From assembly GCA_016700095.1 (NCBI GenBank), contig CP065002.1, positions 1,060,145-1,124,144 of the forward strand: 64,000 nt of DNA, given 5' to 3'. Under the pieces are notes generated by a model. The model worked only from the letters and a program-made list of their open reading frames with translations, did no database searches and was not told where the DNA came from. How positions within the stretch are numbered: the first letter of the stretch is position 1; every line of letters starts with the position of its first letter. The position numbers and the translations under genes are program-made. Below, in pieces: positions 10,072 through 19,050 of this stretch. This DNA is from Candidatus Woesebacteria bacterium. GTDB lineage: Bacteria; Patescibacteriota; Microgenomatia; UBA8517.

Positions 10072-10845
10072 ATGCCAAAAGTTCTTAATATTTACAAACC
10101 TCGTGGGAAAACACCGTTTGAGGTAGTTAAAAAATTACAAGAAATTATACCTACATACAAAAACTTGAAAATCGGTTACGCGGGTAGGCTTGATCCCATG
10201 GCTCACGGAGTACTTTTAATACTAATTCATCCTGAAACCAAAAATCGAACTACGTATCAAAACTTGGACAAAGAATACGAATTTGACCTACTACTGGGCA
10301 TTAATACCGATACTTACGATTTGTTGGGCTTAATTACTAATTACAAACACGTTATTTACTCGGATGACCTATTGAAGAATATTAGAAAATGTTCAAGCAA
10401 ATTAGTTGGTTCATATCGACAAGTTTATCCCGTGTACTCGTCAAAGACGATTAAAGGAAAACCGCTTTACAAATGGGCAAGAGAGAATTTACTAGACACA
10501 ATTGATATTCCAACTAAAGTTGTTAATATACATTCGCTAAAGATCGTGAAAATACGTGAAATAACACAAGTAAAATTACTCCAAAATGTTACTAAAAGAA
10601 TCAAGATGGTAGACGGAGATTTCAGACAAGATAAAATCCTCAAAACTTGGAACACATTTCTTACCACACATAGCAATGACAAATTTGTTCTCGTTAAATA
10701 TAGGGTAAAATGCCAAAGCGGTACGTATGTCAGATCAATCTGCCAAACATTGGGTGAAATGTTGGGTTGCGGTGCAGTCGCATACGAAATAAAAAGAACG
10801 AAGGTTGGAGAATTCTATATCAAAGACGCATTGAAGGTGTTTTAG
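10072..10845 (+). CDS. Second TruB-family pseudouridine synthase paralog
   Basis: GYAGRLDPMAHGVLLILI is the TruB catalytic motif with RLD in place of TLD. It sits divergently 22 bp from truB. Confidence 0.7.
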   Translation: MPKVLNIYKPRGKTPFEVVKKLQEIIPTYKNLKIGYAGRLDPMAHGVLLILIHPETKNRTTYQNLDKEYEFDLLLGINTDTYDLLGLITNYKHVIYSDDLLKNIRKCSSKLVGSYRQVYPVYSSKTIKGKPLYKWARENLLDTIDIPTKVVNIHSLKIVKIREITQVKLLQNVTKRIKMVDGDFRQDKILKTWNTFLTTHSNDKFVLVKYRVKCQSGTYVRSICQTLGEMLGCGAVAYEIKRTKVGEFYIKDALKVF

Positions 10846-10851
10846 ATTTGC

Positions 10852-11850
10852 TTATAGTTCTCCTTTTCTTGCGCTGCAAACTTTTTTCGCTCGCTTGATA
10901 AATTCCGCTTTCGCTTTCTCAACATTTTCTTTCTTACCTTCCCACGCATTCAATGCATCTTCCTGAAGCGCTCGTTCAAACGAAAAACTTACTTCCCAAG
11001 GTGCCTCAACTGATCTTTGGGCAATTAAATTAAGACGCCTTGTTGCGTCGTCTGCACTTTGCCCTCCAGACAAAAAGACAACTCCTGGTACTTCATCCGG
11101 AACTACTTCGTTTAATACACGGAAAGTTGCTTCGGCAACTTTATCATCTTCAATTTTTTGCTTACTGTCTTTTCCCGGAAGTATCATATTCGGCTTTAAT
11201 ATCATCCCACCTAAATAAATCCTATGTTCCGTAAGTTTTGTAAATACTTTTTTAAGTGTGGAGTAGGTCACTGATTCACACCTTTCCATGTCGTGACTTC
11301 CATCCATAACAACCTCGGGTTCAACAACCGGAACAATGTCCACTTCTTGGCAAAGTGCGGCATAGCGAGCTAAACTTTCCGCATTAGAATTAATGCATGT
11401 GTCTGTCGGTATACCCTCGCCAATAGTAATTACAGCCCGCCACTTCGCAAATGTCGCACCCATATTCTTATATTCAATTAATCTGTCGCGTAATCCATCC
11501 AATCCTTCCGCCAACATTTCACCCGGAAAATTCGCCATTGGCCATGCTTTTTTATCAACTTTTATTCCGGGCATGACACCTTTGTCAAGTAAGATTTTTG
11601 TAAACAAATCTCCCCCGTCGGAATATTCTCTAATCGTTTCATCAAACAAAATTACTCCTGTGATGTAATCTTCTAGACCTTCCGAGGTAATGAAAATATC
11701 CCTAAATGCCATCCTGGTCTCTTTGGTTGATTCGATACCAACTTTTTCGAGACGTCTTGTCATTGAGCCGACGCTTGAATCTGAAGCTAAAATTCCTTTC
11801 CCGTCGGCAACCAACTTTTTGGCTACCGCATTTAAGATCTTTTTGTCCAT
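10852..11850 (-). CDS. fba: Fructose-bisphosphate aldolase, class I
   Basis: Strong similarity across the full length to eukaryotic-type class I FBA (ILASDSSVGSMTRRLEKVGIESTKE...IYLGGMILKPNMILPG...VVFLSGGQS). Confidence 0.9.
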   Translation of the reverse strand: MDKKILNAVAKKLVADGKGILASDSSVGSMTRRLEKVGIESTKETRMAFRDIFITSEGLEDYITGVILFDETIREYSDGGDLFTKILLDKGVMPGIKVDKKAWPMANFPGEMLAEGLDGLRDRLIEYKNMGATFAKWRAVITIGEGIPTDTCINSNAESLARYAALCQEVDIVPVVEPEVVMDGSHDMERCESVTYSTLKKVFTKLTEHRIYLGGMILKPNMILPGKDSKQKIEDDKVAEATFRVLNEVVPDEVPGVVFLSGGQSADDATRRLNLIAQRSVEAPWEVSFSFERALQEDALNAWEGKKENVEKAKAEFIKRAKKVCSARKGEL

Positions 11851-12151
11851 ACATTTATATTGTGCTGAAAATATCTACTTGTCAAACAGTATAAAATTTC
11901 TTGACTCGAAAATAGTGTAACGCAATTCGCTCAGATTACTCAGAGAATTTCCTCACATTTAGTTTGTTTGTGTACAGATTAGTCTCAAGCATGCTGTTAA
12001 CAATCTTACTAATATAAATATATAGGAATTGATCTGGAATAACTTAAGGCGGCTAGCCAAAACATATATAGTATCCGGATCAAAACATAAATATCATGAA
12101 AAGAGGTCTACCACCCTAGAAAGAAAAAGAGAGTAGACACATAATTAATTA

Positions 12152-12184
12152 AAAACCCTGGAATTAAAACAGGGTTTTTAATTT
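12152..12184. terminator. Intrinsic-terminator-like hairpin (aaaaaccctg-gaattaaaa-cagggttttt); A/T runs on both sides make it potentially bidirectional
   Basis: Perfect 10-bp stem flanked by A and T runs. Confidence 0.5.
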
Positions 12185-12219
12185 GGATTTCATAAAATTT
12201 AAGATATAATATTCTCAAT

Positions 12220-12555
12220 ATGGCAGAAGAAGTGATTCAAAATACTAACTTTTTAATCCCAGGACAGAAAAGAATTATTGCTGATAGAGCATTTTCCGTA
12301 AACACGCCAACAGACGTTGGTCCTCGATTAGATATTGAATTTTGTGCACCAGAAGCAAAAGTGGAAGCCAAATTAGGTCTTGGGAACACTCTCTATATAC
12401 GTGGCGGTGAAAAAGCGTGGTATTTAGTAGATACGCATGATCCTAAAACCGGTAGAGATGTCAGGCACTGGAAACCATTTCCCAAAGCAAGTCTCAGCCC
12501 TCAGTGGGTCGAGATAACAGACAATGCAACTTCAGTTGCTTTTAAAAAAAGCTAA
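12220..12555 (+). CDS. Hypothetical protein (111 aa)
   Basis: ORF only. Confidence 0.4.
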   Translation: MAEEVIQNTNFLIPGQKRIIADRAFSVNTPTDVGPRLDIEFCAPEAKVEAKLGLGNTLYIRGGEKAWYLVDTHDPKTGRDVRHWKPFPKASLSPQWVEITDNATSVAFKKS

Positions 12556-12734
12556 AAGACCTGAACTACCAATCGTTTTTATAAAAAAAGAAGATGGTCT
12601 GTTGTCCGTAAGAAGAGAAAAAAAAGAGGCAAGATACAACGCCCTCATGTTTCCAGATGCACAATAAATCTTATTTGCATTACCCACCACGACCCAAAAT
12701 AGCAAGCCAACTTTCGATATGCTAGTCTTAACTA

Positions 12735-13967
12735 ATGAAAACTACTAGACTTCCAGGAATTACTTTTCCAAAACCCACAATTCTCAGAAAAATAGATTTC
12801 AAAATAGTCTCAATCGCACTCTTGTCTTTCATTGTCACTTTTCTTGGTGCCTCCTATTACTTTTCTTATACAAATAGTAATTCTATAAAAGCTTCACTTA
12901 GTAAATCTTTGCAAAATGAAAATGATTACAAGGTAAGTCTGGAAAATATTTCCCAAGAACTGGAAAACCTAAAAACCCAGGATCAAATAAAAAGAAACGA
13001 GGAACTAAATGCAACTATAAAAAGTATGGAGATTTCTTATGATACCGCGGTTAGTGTTTATGAGAACTTGCTCAAATTAAAAGATAAAACAGAAACCGAT
13101 GACAAACTTGATGATCTTTTCACCAGCTCCCTCACTCTTTTATCAGAGAGAAAATACAGTGAAGCAAATGAAAAACTAAAAGAGTTGACCAAAAATATTG
13201 ATGAGGTTGAGGCAAAAATTGCTGCAGCTGCTCAGCCGACAATTCCTGCAAACATAGCATCAAGCAACACTCCTCCCGGCACGGGATACAGTAGACAAAG
13301 TGTTACAACAGATGTTGGTACATTTGTTGTAAGTATGGTTGCGGCAGATATTGGTAGTACAAGGGTAATAGTCGATACGGCAAGTGAAGGTGACTGCGGA
13401 AACGATTGCCCCGTACTTTCCCTTGCTGATTATGTATCGCGAAACGGCGCCTTTGCGGGTATAAATGGTACCTACTTTTGTCCCGCCAGTTATCCTTCGT
13501 GTGCTGGAAAAACAAACACTTTTGACCTTCTTGTCATGAACAAGAATAAATACTACTTCAATTCAGGAAACAACGTCTACAGCAATAATCCGGCGGTGAT
13601 TTTTGGAAATGGTTACGTCAGATTTGTATCAAGCGCTTCGCAATGGGGCAGAGATACCTCAGTTGATGGTGTTATCTCTAATTATCCGCTGACTTTATTG
13701 AATGGCAATATCACCTTTGGCGGTGATGATGATCCCAAAAAAGGAAGTCGCGGGGCTAGAAGTTTTGTCGCAAACAAAGGCAATACGGTTTATATCGGCG
13801 TGGCTAGCGGTGTAACGGTTGCGGAAAGTGCGCACGTAATGAAATCACTGGGCATGGAAAACGCGATGAATCTCGACAGTGGTGGTTCAACCGCGCTTTG
13901 GTCGAGTGGATATAAGGCGGGTCCAGGTAGAAATATTCCAAATGCGATTTTGTTTGTGAAAAGGTAA
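12735..13967 (+). CDS. Membrane-anchored protein with a coiled-coil region and a C-terminal phosphodiester-glycosidase domain
   Basis: N-terminal TM helix, a heptad-rich region, and a C-terminal NLDSGGSTALWS motif characteristic of the phosphodiester glycosidase family. Confidence 0.65.
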   Translation: MKTTRLPGITFPKPTILRKIDFKIVSIALLSFIVTFLGASYYFSYTNSNSIKASLSKSLQNENDYKVSLENISQELENLKTQDQIKRNEELNATIKSMEISYDTAVSVYENLLKLKDKTETDDKLDDLFTSSLTLLSERKYSEANEKLKELTKNIDEVEAKIAAAAQPTIPANIASSNTPPGTGYSRQSVTTDVGTFVVSMVAADIGSTRVIVDTASEGDCGNDCPVLSLADYVSRNGAFAGINGTYFCPASYPSCAGKTNTFDLLVMNKNKYYFNSGNNVYSNNPAVIFGNGYVRFVSSASQWGRDTSVDGVISNYPLTLLNGNITFGGDDDPKKGSRGARSFVANKGNTVYIGVASGVTVAESAHVMKSLGMENAMNLDSGGSTALWSSGYKAGPGRNIPNAILFVKR

Positions 13968-14177
13968 TTGCCTCCATTTACACTTCTTTGAATCGGACAT
14001 ATCCATGTAATATTTTCGACATATGAAACATGAAGTCGATCCACCACAAAAAGAAGAAGAAGGTGATGAGGACGAGAGACATGAAAGAATCCTGAGAGAA
14101 AACGATCCAGTGACAGATGAAGATTCTTATCCTGACAACGACGAAGATATACCTCGAGGTTTTCCGAGATAATTCTG

Positions 14178-14249
14178 TGCCCTTGCCGGGATTTGAACCT
14201 GGATCTCACCCTTCGGAGGGGCGTATTCTATCCATTAAACTACAAGGGC
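14178..14249 (-). tRNA. tRNA-Arg (anticodon CCG)
   Basis: The reverse complement reads GCCCTTGTAGTTTAATGGATAGAATACGCCCCTCCGAAGGGTGAGATCCAGGTTCAAATCCCGGCAAGGGCA. Cloverleaf with anticodon loop CTCCGAA. There is one A-C mismatch in the T stem. Confidence 0.7.
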
Positions 14250-14392
14250 ATACTATTACTGACTACCAACACACAACTTCCAACCGACAACATTATAATT
14301 CACTCAGTGCTTTCTACCATTCAAAACTGCTAACTATATGCACAGTCTCAAATTACATTTCAATTTTACATCTCCTGATATAATTAAACCAA

Positions 14393-16126
14393 ATGGGTTT
14401 TGTATATTTTTTTGTTAGTGTCCTTTTATCTTACTTAATTACCAATTTTAGATATTTCCCCTACTTGGGATTTGCGCTTTCGGCATTGCTAGTTTCGTAT
14501 TTGATATTTCTTGGCAAATATCAAAAAACTTTATCAGTTAAATTATTGTTTGCATTGGTCGTGATTTTAAGTGTTTTATTGGTGTCTCGCTCAAATGGTT
14601 TTCTAACCTTTATAAACTTGTCGGCATTACTTTATGCAATGTCTGAGTTGGTTTTAGAAAACAAAAAACCTAAATCACTTGTCTCGACACTTCTTTCGCC
14701 TTTCGTAGTATTTATAAATTTACTAAGTACCAAAGTAAATTTATTTGTTTCCAAAAACGACAAACGCAATATATACTTTTTTTCTGTACTTCTTAGTTTA
14801 ATCATCTTATTCATCATCACCCCGGCGCTTATGATGGCAAATCCTATGTTTAATAACTTAGTACTGAAACTATTTGACAATCGCCTAACAAAGTTAATCT
14901 TTGTCGATAACTTATTTGTCTATATAATTCGAACACTGCTTGTAATATTTTTTGTAATTTTCGTGCCAAGGGCAGTTCGTTTTGCAAGTAAAAGCGGAAA
15001 AATACTAGAAACCCTTTTGTTTAAATTAACACCCACCATCCGTTTCATTATTCCCAAAGTAACCGTCATCATTGTTTTATGTATCTTTTTTGCTACTCAA
15101 ATCAAATTATACCTATCGTCAAGCCAAGATTTACTGGACATGGGATATACCAATTCCAAATATGCCAGAGAGATATTTGGGCAATTGTGTTTTGTTTCAC
15201 TCGTTTCATTTCTTTTGATCTATGCAGATAAAGCAAGAAAAACATGGAATCAACTAACCTCGTACATACTTATACTGCAAATGTTTTTCTTAAATGTCAT
15301 GGCTTTAAAAAGTGTTTATGATTACACCTATAATTGGGGTTTCACACAAAAAAGACTTTACGGTTATACACTTGTAGTGTGGTTATTCATCATACTGGTA
15401 ATATACGTAATTTCTTACTTAAAGAAAGCAAAAGAGGAAAAGTTTCTCCGTTTAAGTGTAGTAGTAACTTTTGCAACTTTAATATGTATTAACTTGGTGA
15501 ATTTTGACAAGCTAATATATTTTTGTTCAAAATCAAAAACACATCAGGGCGTCGATTATGTCTATCTCGCTCAGCTTTCTGCCGATTCCTCTTCATTTGC
15601 CTATCAAGTCAAAAATATCTTGGCAGATAATGCATCGGGTGACAATTTAAGCGACCGCTATCAAGCTATGTCAATTTTATTTTATAAAATCAATGATCTG
15701 GAAAACGAATATGAAAATCCAGATTTTCGCTCCTTTAATATAAATAGGTATTTGGAATACAAACGAGTAAAAGATATTGATAAAGTAAAAATAGAAGATT
15801 TTTTAAATTCTTCATCACACGAATTAACTTATCAAGTTGGTAATCCAAATACAGATAATAGAGTAAATGTGACAATAGAAAACCTTCCGGCAAATTTAGT
15901 AAATGCTAATTTCTATGTAAAATATTTGGATGTTAATACAGTATTACAAGAAGGATCTCTTGACAATATCTCGTATCTCCACCGTGTCGGACAAGGAAAT
16001 TTTATTGTCACTTTAGAAAGAAGTGAAATGAGTAGCGATGGAAAAAGGGAAAAAATACTAAACGAAATTCCCTATTCGATTTATTCAAATGAAGTGGAAA
16101 AAGGAGAACTAACTGTAAGTTATTAG
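14393..16126 (+). CDS. Large polytopic membrane protein of unknown function
   Basis: At least 10 predicted hydrophobic helices followed by a soluble C-terminal region. Confidence 0.5.
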   Translation: MGFVYFFVSVLLSYLITNFRYFPYLGFALSALLVSYLIFLGKYQKTLSVKLLFALVVILSVLLVSRSNGFLTFINLSALLYAMSELVLENKKPKSLVSTLLSPFVVFINLLSTKVNLFVSKNDKRNIYFFSVLLSLIILFIITPALMMANPMFNNLVLKLFDNRLTKLIFVDNLFVYIIRTLLVIFFVIFVPRAVRFASKSGKILETLLFKLTPTIRFIIPKVTVIIVLCIFFATQIKLYLSSSQDLLDMGYTNSKYAREIFGQLCFVSLVSFLLIYADKARKTWNQLTSYILILQMFFLNVMALKSVYDYTYNWGFTQKRLYGYTLVVWLFIILVIYVISYLKKAKEEKFLRLSVVVTFATLICINLVNFDKLIYFCSKSKTHQGVDYVYLAQLSADSSSFAYQVKNILADNASGDNLSDRYQAMSILFYKINDLENEYENPDFRSFNINRYLEYKRVKDIDKVKIEDFLNSSSHELTYQVGNPNTDNRVNVTIENLPANLVNANFYVKYLDVNTVLQEGSLDNISYLHRVGQGNFIVTLERSEMSSDGKREKILNEIPYSIYSNEVEKGELTVSY

Positions 16127-16440
16127 ATTCTTTTGTATTTGTTTGGCATGTGCCTTTTCTAACATATTTTGATATAATTCTCTGCATGGCAAGAGAAGTC
16201 GTTATTAAAACTGTTGTAGTTCCTATCGAATATGGATGTATAGAAATCGGTCAGCGTGTGAGGGCAGAGCTTGAAAATAGTGTTCCCAATGGAACTGCTT
16301 ACTGTTCAGATACACCTGGAATTAAAACTACAATATTAGGACGCCAGTGTTTAAATACAACATGCTCTAAATACTCGGGTTACAGATGATTTTTCATCAT
16401 CTTTTTGATATTTTGTTATAATACTTCTGAAAACTTTCAA

Positions 16441-16812
16441 TGCCCGGTCGTCTCAGTGAAACTCAGTGAGTATTCTCACGCAAGTGGTAGGACATGTCAT
16501 GCAAGGCATGACCTAAAGCATATTTTGAAGTATAATCTGGTTGGTGATTTAGTTAATCCTCCATTGCCCGGTCGTCTCAGTGAAACTCAGTGAGTATTCT
16601 CACGCAAGTGGTAGGACATGTCATGCAAGGCATGACCTAAAGCATATTTTGAAGTATAATCTGGTTGGTGATTTAGTTAATCCTCCATTGCCCGGTCGTC
16701 TCAGTGAAACTCAGTGAGTATTCTCACGCAAGTGGTAGGACATGTCATGCAAGGCATGACCTAAAGCATATTTTGAAGTATAATCTGGTTGGTGATTTAG
16801 TTAATCCTCCAT
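16441..16812 (+). repeat. Three exact tandem 124-bp units, each carrying a sigma70-like promoter (TGACCT-16nt-TATAAT) and the first 14 nt of tRNA-Gln with a 32-nt insert in place of nucleotides 15-17
   Basis: The sequence tgcccggtcgtct recurs at 16441, 16565, 16689 and 16813 with an exact 124-bp period. Each unit contains ggtaggacatg, which is tRNA-Gln nucleotides 18-28, and then diverges into a gtcatgc-aagg-gcatgac hairpin. Confidence 0.9.
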
Positions 16813-16883
16813 TGCCCGGTCGTCTAATGGTAGGACATGCGGCTCTGAACCGTATAATCGAGGTTCGAATCCTTGCCGGGCAG
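16813..16883 (+). tRNA. tRNA-Gln (anticodon CTG)
   Basis: TGCCCGGTCGTCTAATGGTAGGACATGCGGCTCTGAACCGTATAATCGAGGTTCGAATCCTTGCCGGGCAG. U1-A72 pair and G73 discriminator as expected for bacterial tRNA-Gln. All stems pair. Confidence 0.85.
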
Positions 16884-16926
16884 CTAAGACGGGCACCCCT
16901 AGGTGACCGTATTCTCTATTTAGCTT

Positions 16927-16951
16927 GAAGGGGCTTGCTAAAAGCCCCTTC
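16927..16951 (+). terminator. Stem-loop downstream of tRNA-Gln (gaaggggctt-gctaa-aagccccttc)
   Basis: 10-bp stem with no U tract, so it may be a processing or termination element. Confidence 0.35.
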
Positions 16952-17083
16952 AAGACGGGAAACATTCGGACCGGCAAAATACTCTTAAAATTCCAATATC
17001 AAGGCTGGATTCATATATGTCCTACTTAACCCAGAGAATAAGGATTCTAACCCCTCATTTTGCTATAATCCTTATATAACTAT

Positions 17084-17647
17084 ATGCGTCTCAGAAATGT
17101 ACTATTGATCCTCTTAATTGTAATTCCTTCTTTATTTTCTTTTTCCCCTCGCACTGCTTTTGCCTCTTGTGCTCCTCCTACATCACTTGCTGAATACAAA
17201 GAACAGGCAGATATAGTTGTGTTAGGCCGTGTAGCAAGCATTTCTGATACTTCAGCTATAGTTAATGTGGAACTATATTTTAAAGGTCATGGTGGACCTT
17301 CTCAGATTCAGGTAAGCGGACAAGAATCTCAAGGAGCAGTAACATCTGTTGATTTTTCGTTTGAGGAAGATAAAAAGTATCTCCTTTTTCTTAAGATGGA
17401 CTCCGGTAATCTTAAAACAAATGCCTGTATGGGAAATAAAGAAGTATCCGATGCACTTACTTCTGAAGATTTAGCTGTTTTAGGTACGGGATATTCACCG
17501 AGTGGGAACACTCAGGACTTATCATCCTCCGAAGGTAGTGAAAGACAGCCTTCAAATCCTAATATAAATTTTATGTTAGTAACTGGTGGTCTTTTAATTC
17601 TTGGAGTTGTTGCTGTTTCCTGGAAAAAGTTGCAAAAGAAGCGATAG
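17084..17647 (+). CDS. Secreted protein with a C-terminal membrane anchor (hypothetical)
   Basis: Signal peptide at the N-terminus. Hydrophobic C-terminal segment followed by KKLQKKR. Confidence 0.5.
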   Translation: MRLRNVLLILLIVIPSLFSFSPRTAFASCAPPTSLAEYKEQADIVVLGRVASISDTSAIVNVELYFKGHGGPSQIQVSGQESQGAVTSVDFSFEEDKKYLLFLKMDSGNLKTNACMGNKEVSDALTSEDLAVLGTGYSPSGNTQDLSSSEGSERQPSNPNINFMLVTGGLLILGVVAVSWKKLQKKR

Positions 17648-17655
17648 AAATAGTT

Positions 17656-18993
17656 TTAAATTAACGGTACTGAGGTAACAGTTTCGTTGTGGATATAGAG
17701 TTGCCGATTTAATATATTCGTTACTTCTCGTTTTTCCAGCATCGTTCCATTTCTGAAAATGTAGTTCGCATAATCCATAAAGTGAACAGGCTTGTTTTCA
17801 GGGTTAATGTCTTGCGCCCACAAAATCTCATCTCGCATTTTCTTGTAAGATTCCATACTTTCTTTTATAAATAACTTAAAAGTAAATATCTGCGGATGCG
17901 CCATATACATGAAGTTTAGGTATCGTAATATTTGCTTTACTAGCTTTTCCTCTGTGAGATATGGTTCCGGGCAACCATACTTTTTCTGCCTCGTACAGTG
18001 ATAGTAAATGTGATAGCGTGGTTCTCCATATTTTCGCTTTCTGTATCTATCTTCACCAATAACCAGTGAACCGCAACTCGCACATTTGAACAGTTCTTTG
18101 AAGGTAAAGGTTTTGCTACCCCATTTTGCTTTCTTTGGAGCTACAAGCTGTTTTTGTACTTGATCAAATAGCTCTTTGCTAATTAGTGGTTTATGTGACC
18201 CTTTGTACCAATTACCACTTCCGATAGGATACTCAAATTCTCCATAATAGAACGGGTTTTTAAGCATCAAGTAAATTTGACTGAGTGTTACTTTCTTTCC
18301 TGCTCTGGTTGTTAAACAAGAATCGAGCCACTTCTTGAGAGTTCTTCCGCTATCACCATTTTTCGCAACCCTTTCAAACATTTCTGTCACAAATGGTGCT
18401 CTTTCAGGATCAGGAATAATATCTTTTATGCCAGCCATGGCTCTATTGAAATAACCGATTGGCGGCATTCCCGGTCTCCATCCCATGTTACATTTCGCTC
18501 TGATACCTCTTTTTACATTTATTCCTTTCTGGTCATTCTCAAGTTTGGCTTGAGAGCAAAGGATCATAAGTAAAAACTTATCACTTGGGCTGTTTGAGAA
18601 TGCTTGCGTGAATGTTTTAATGTGGATGAGTTTTCCGCCATCCATCATATCTACAAGCATTCCTAAATCTCCTGCATTCCTTGATAATCTATCTGGAGCC
18701 CATGTTAAAATCCCTGTGAACATTCCATTACGAAGATCATTGAGGAGCTGATTAAAGACTGGTCGCTGCCCCGAAAGTTTGGCTGAATGACTTTCTTTGC
18801 GAATCTCTTTGATAAATAGTCCTTCTTTTATCGCCATGTCATTCATTTCTTTGATTTGAGAGTCAATTGACATGGCTTGCCGTTCATCATCCTCAGTTGA
18901 TTTTCGGGCATAGAGACAATATTCAACGGTCTGTACTTGCGGTAGAACTGCTTGCTGTAACAAGTTATTCTGGTAGTTCATATCAGGGAACAA
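17656..18993 (-). CDS. Large serine recombinase (resolvase/invertase N-domain, recombinase domain and zinc ribbon)
   Basis: YCLYARKSTEDDERQAMSIDSQ carries the catalytic Ser motif. A recombinase domain follows, then a Cys cluster CASCGS...CTRQKKYGC. Confidence 0.9.
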   Translation of the reverse strand: MFPDMNYQNNLLQQAVLPQVQTVEYCLYARKSTEDDERQAMSIDSQIKEMNDMAIKEGLFIKEIRKESHSAKLSGQRPVFNQLLNDLRNGMFTGILTWAPDRLSRNAGDLGMLVDMMDGGKLIHIKTFTQAFSNSPSDKFLLMILCSQAKLENDQKGINVKRGIRAKCNMGWRPGMPPIGYFNRAMAGIKDIIPDPERAPFVTEMFERVAKNGDSGRTLKKWLDSCLTTRAGKKVTLSQIYLMLKNPFYYGEFEYPIGSGNWYKGSHKPLISKELFDQVQKQLVAPKKAKWGSKTFTFKELFKCASCGSLVIGEDRYRKRKYGEPRYHIYYHCTRQKKYGCPEPYLTEEKLVKQILRYLNFMYMAHPQIFTFKLFIKESMESYKKMRDEILWAQDINPENKPVHFMDYANYIFRNGTMLEKREVTNILNRQLYIHNETVTSVPLI

Positions 18994-19050
18994 GGTACCG
19001 CAACAATTAAGGGAAGTCCAGACGCAAAATACTATGAGGATTAATCTAAA

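Noticed and set aside
16405-16928. ORFs 16405..16593 and 16704..16928 (62 and 74 aa)
   Set aside because: They lie wholly within the 124-bp tandem repeats and tRNA-Gln, and their peptides simply repeat. They are artefacts of the repeat.
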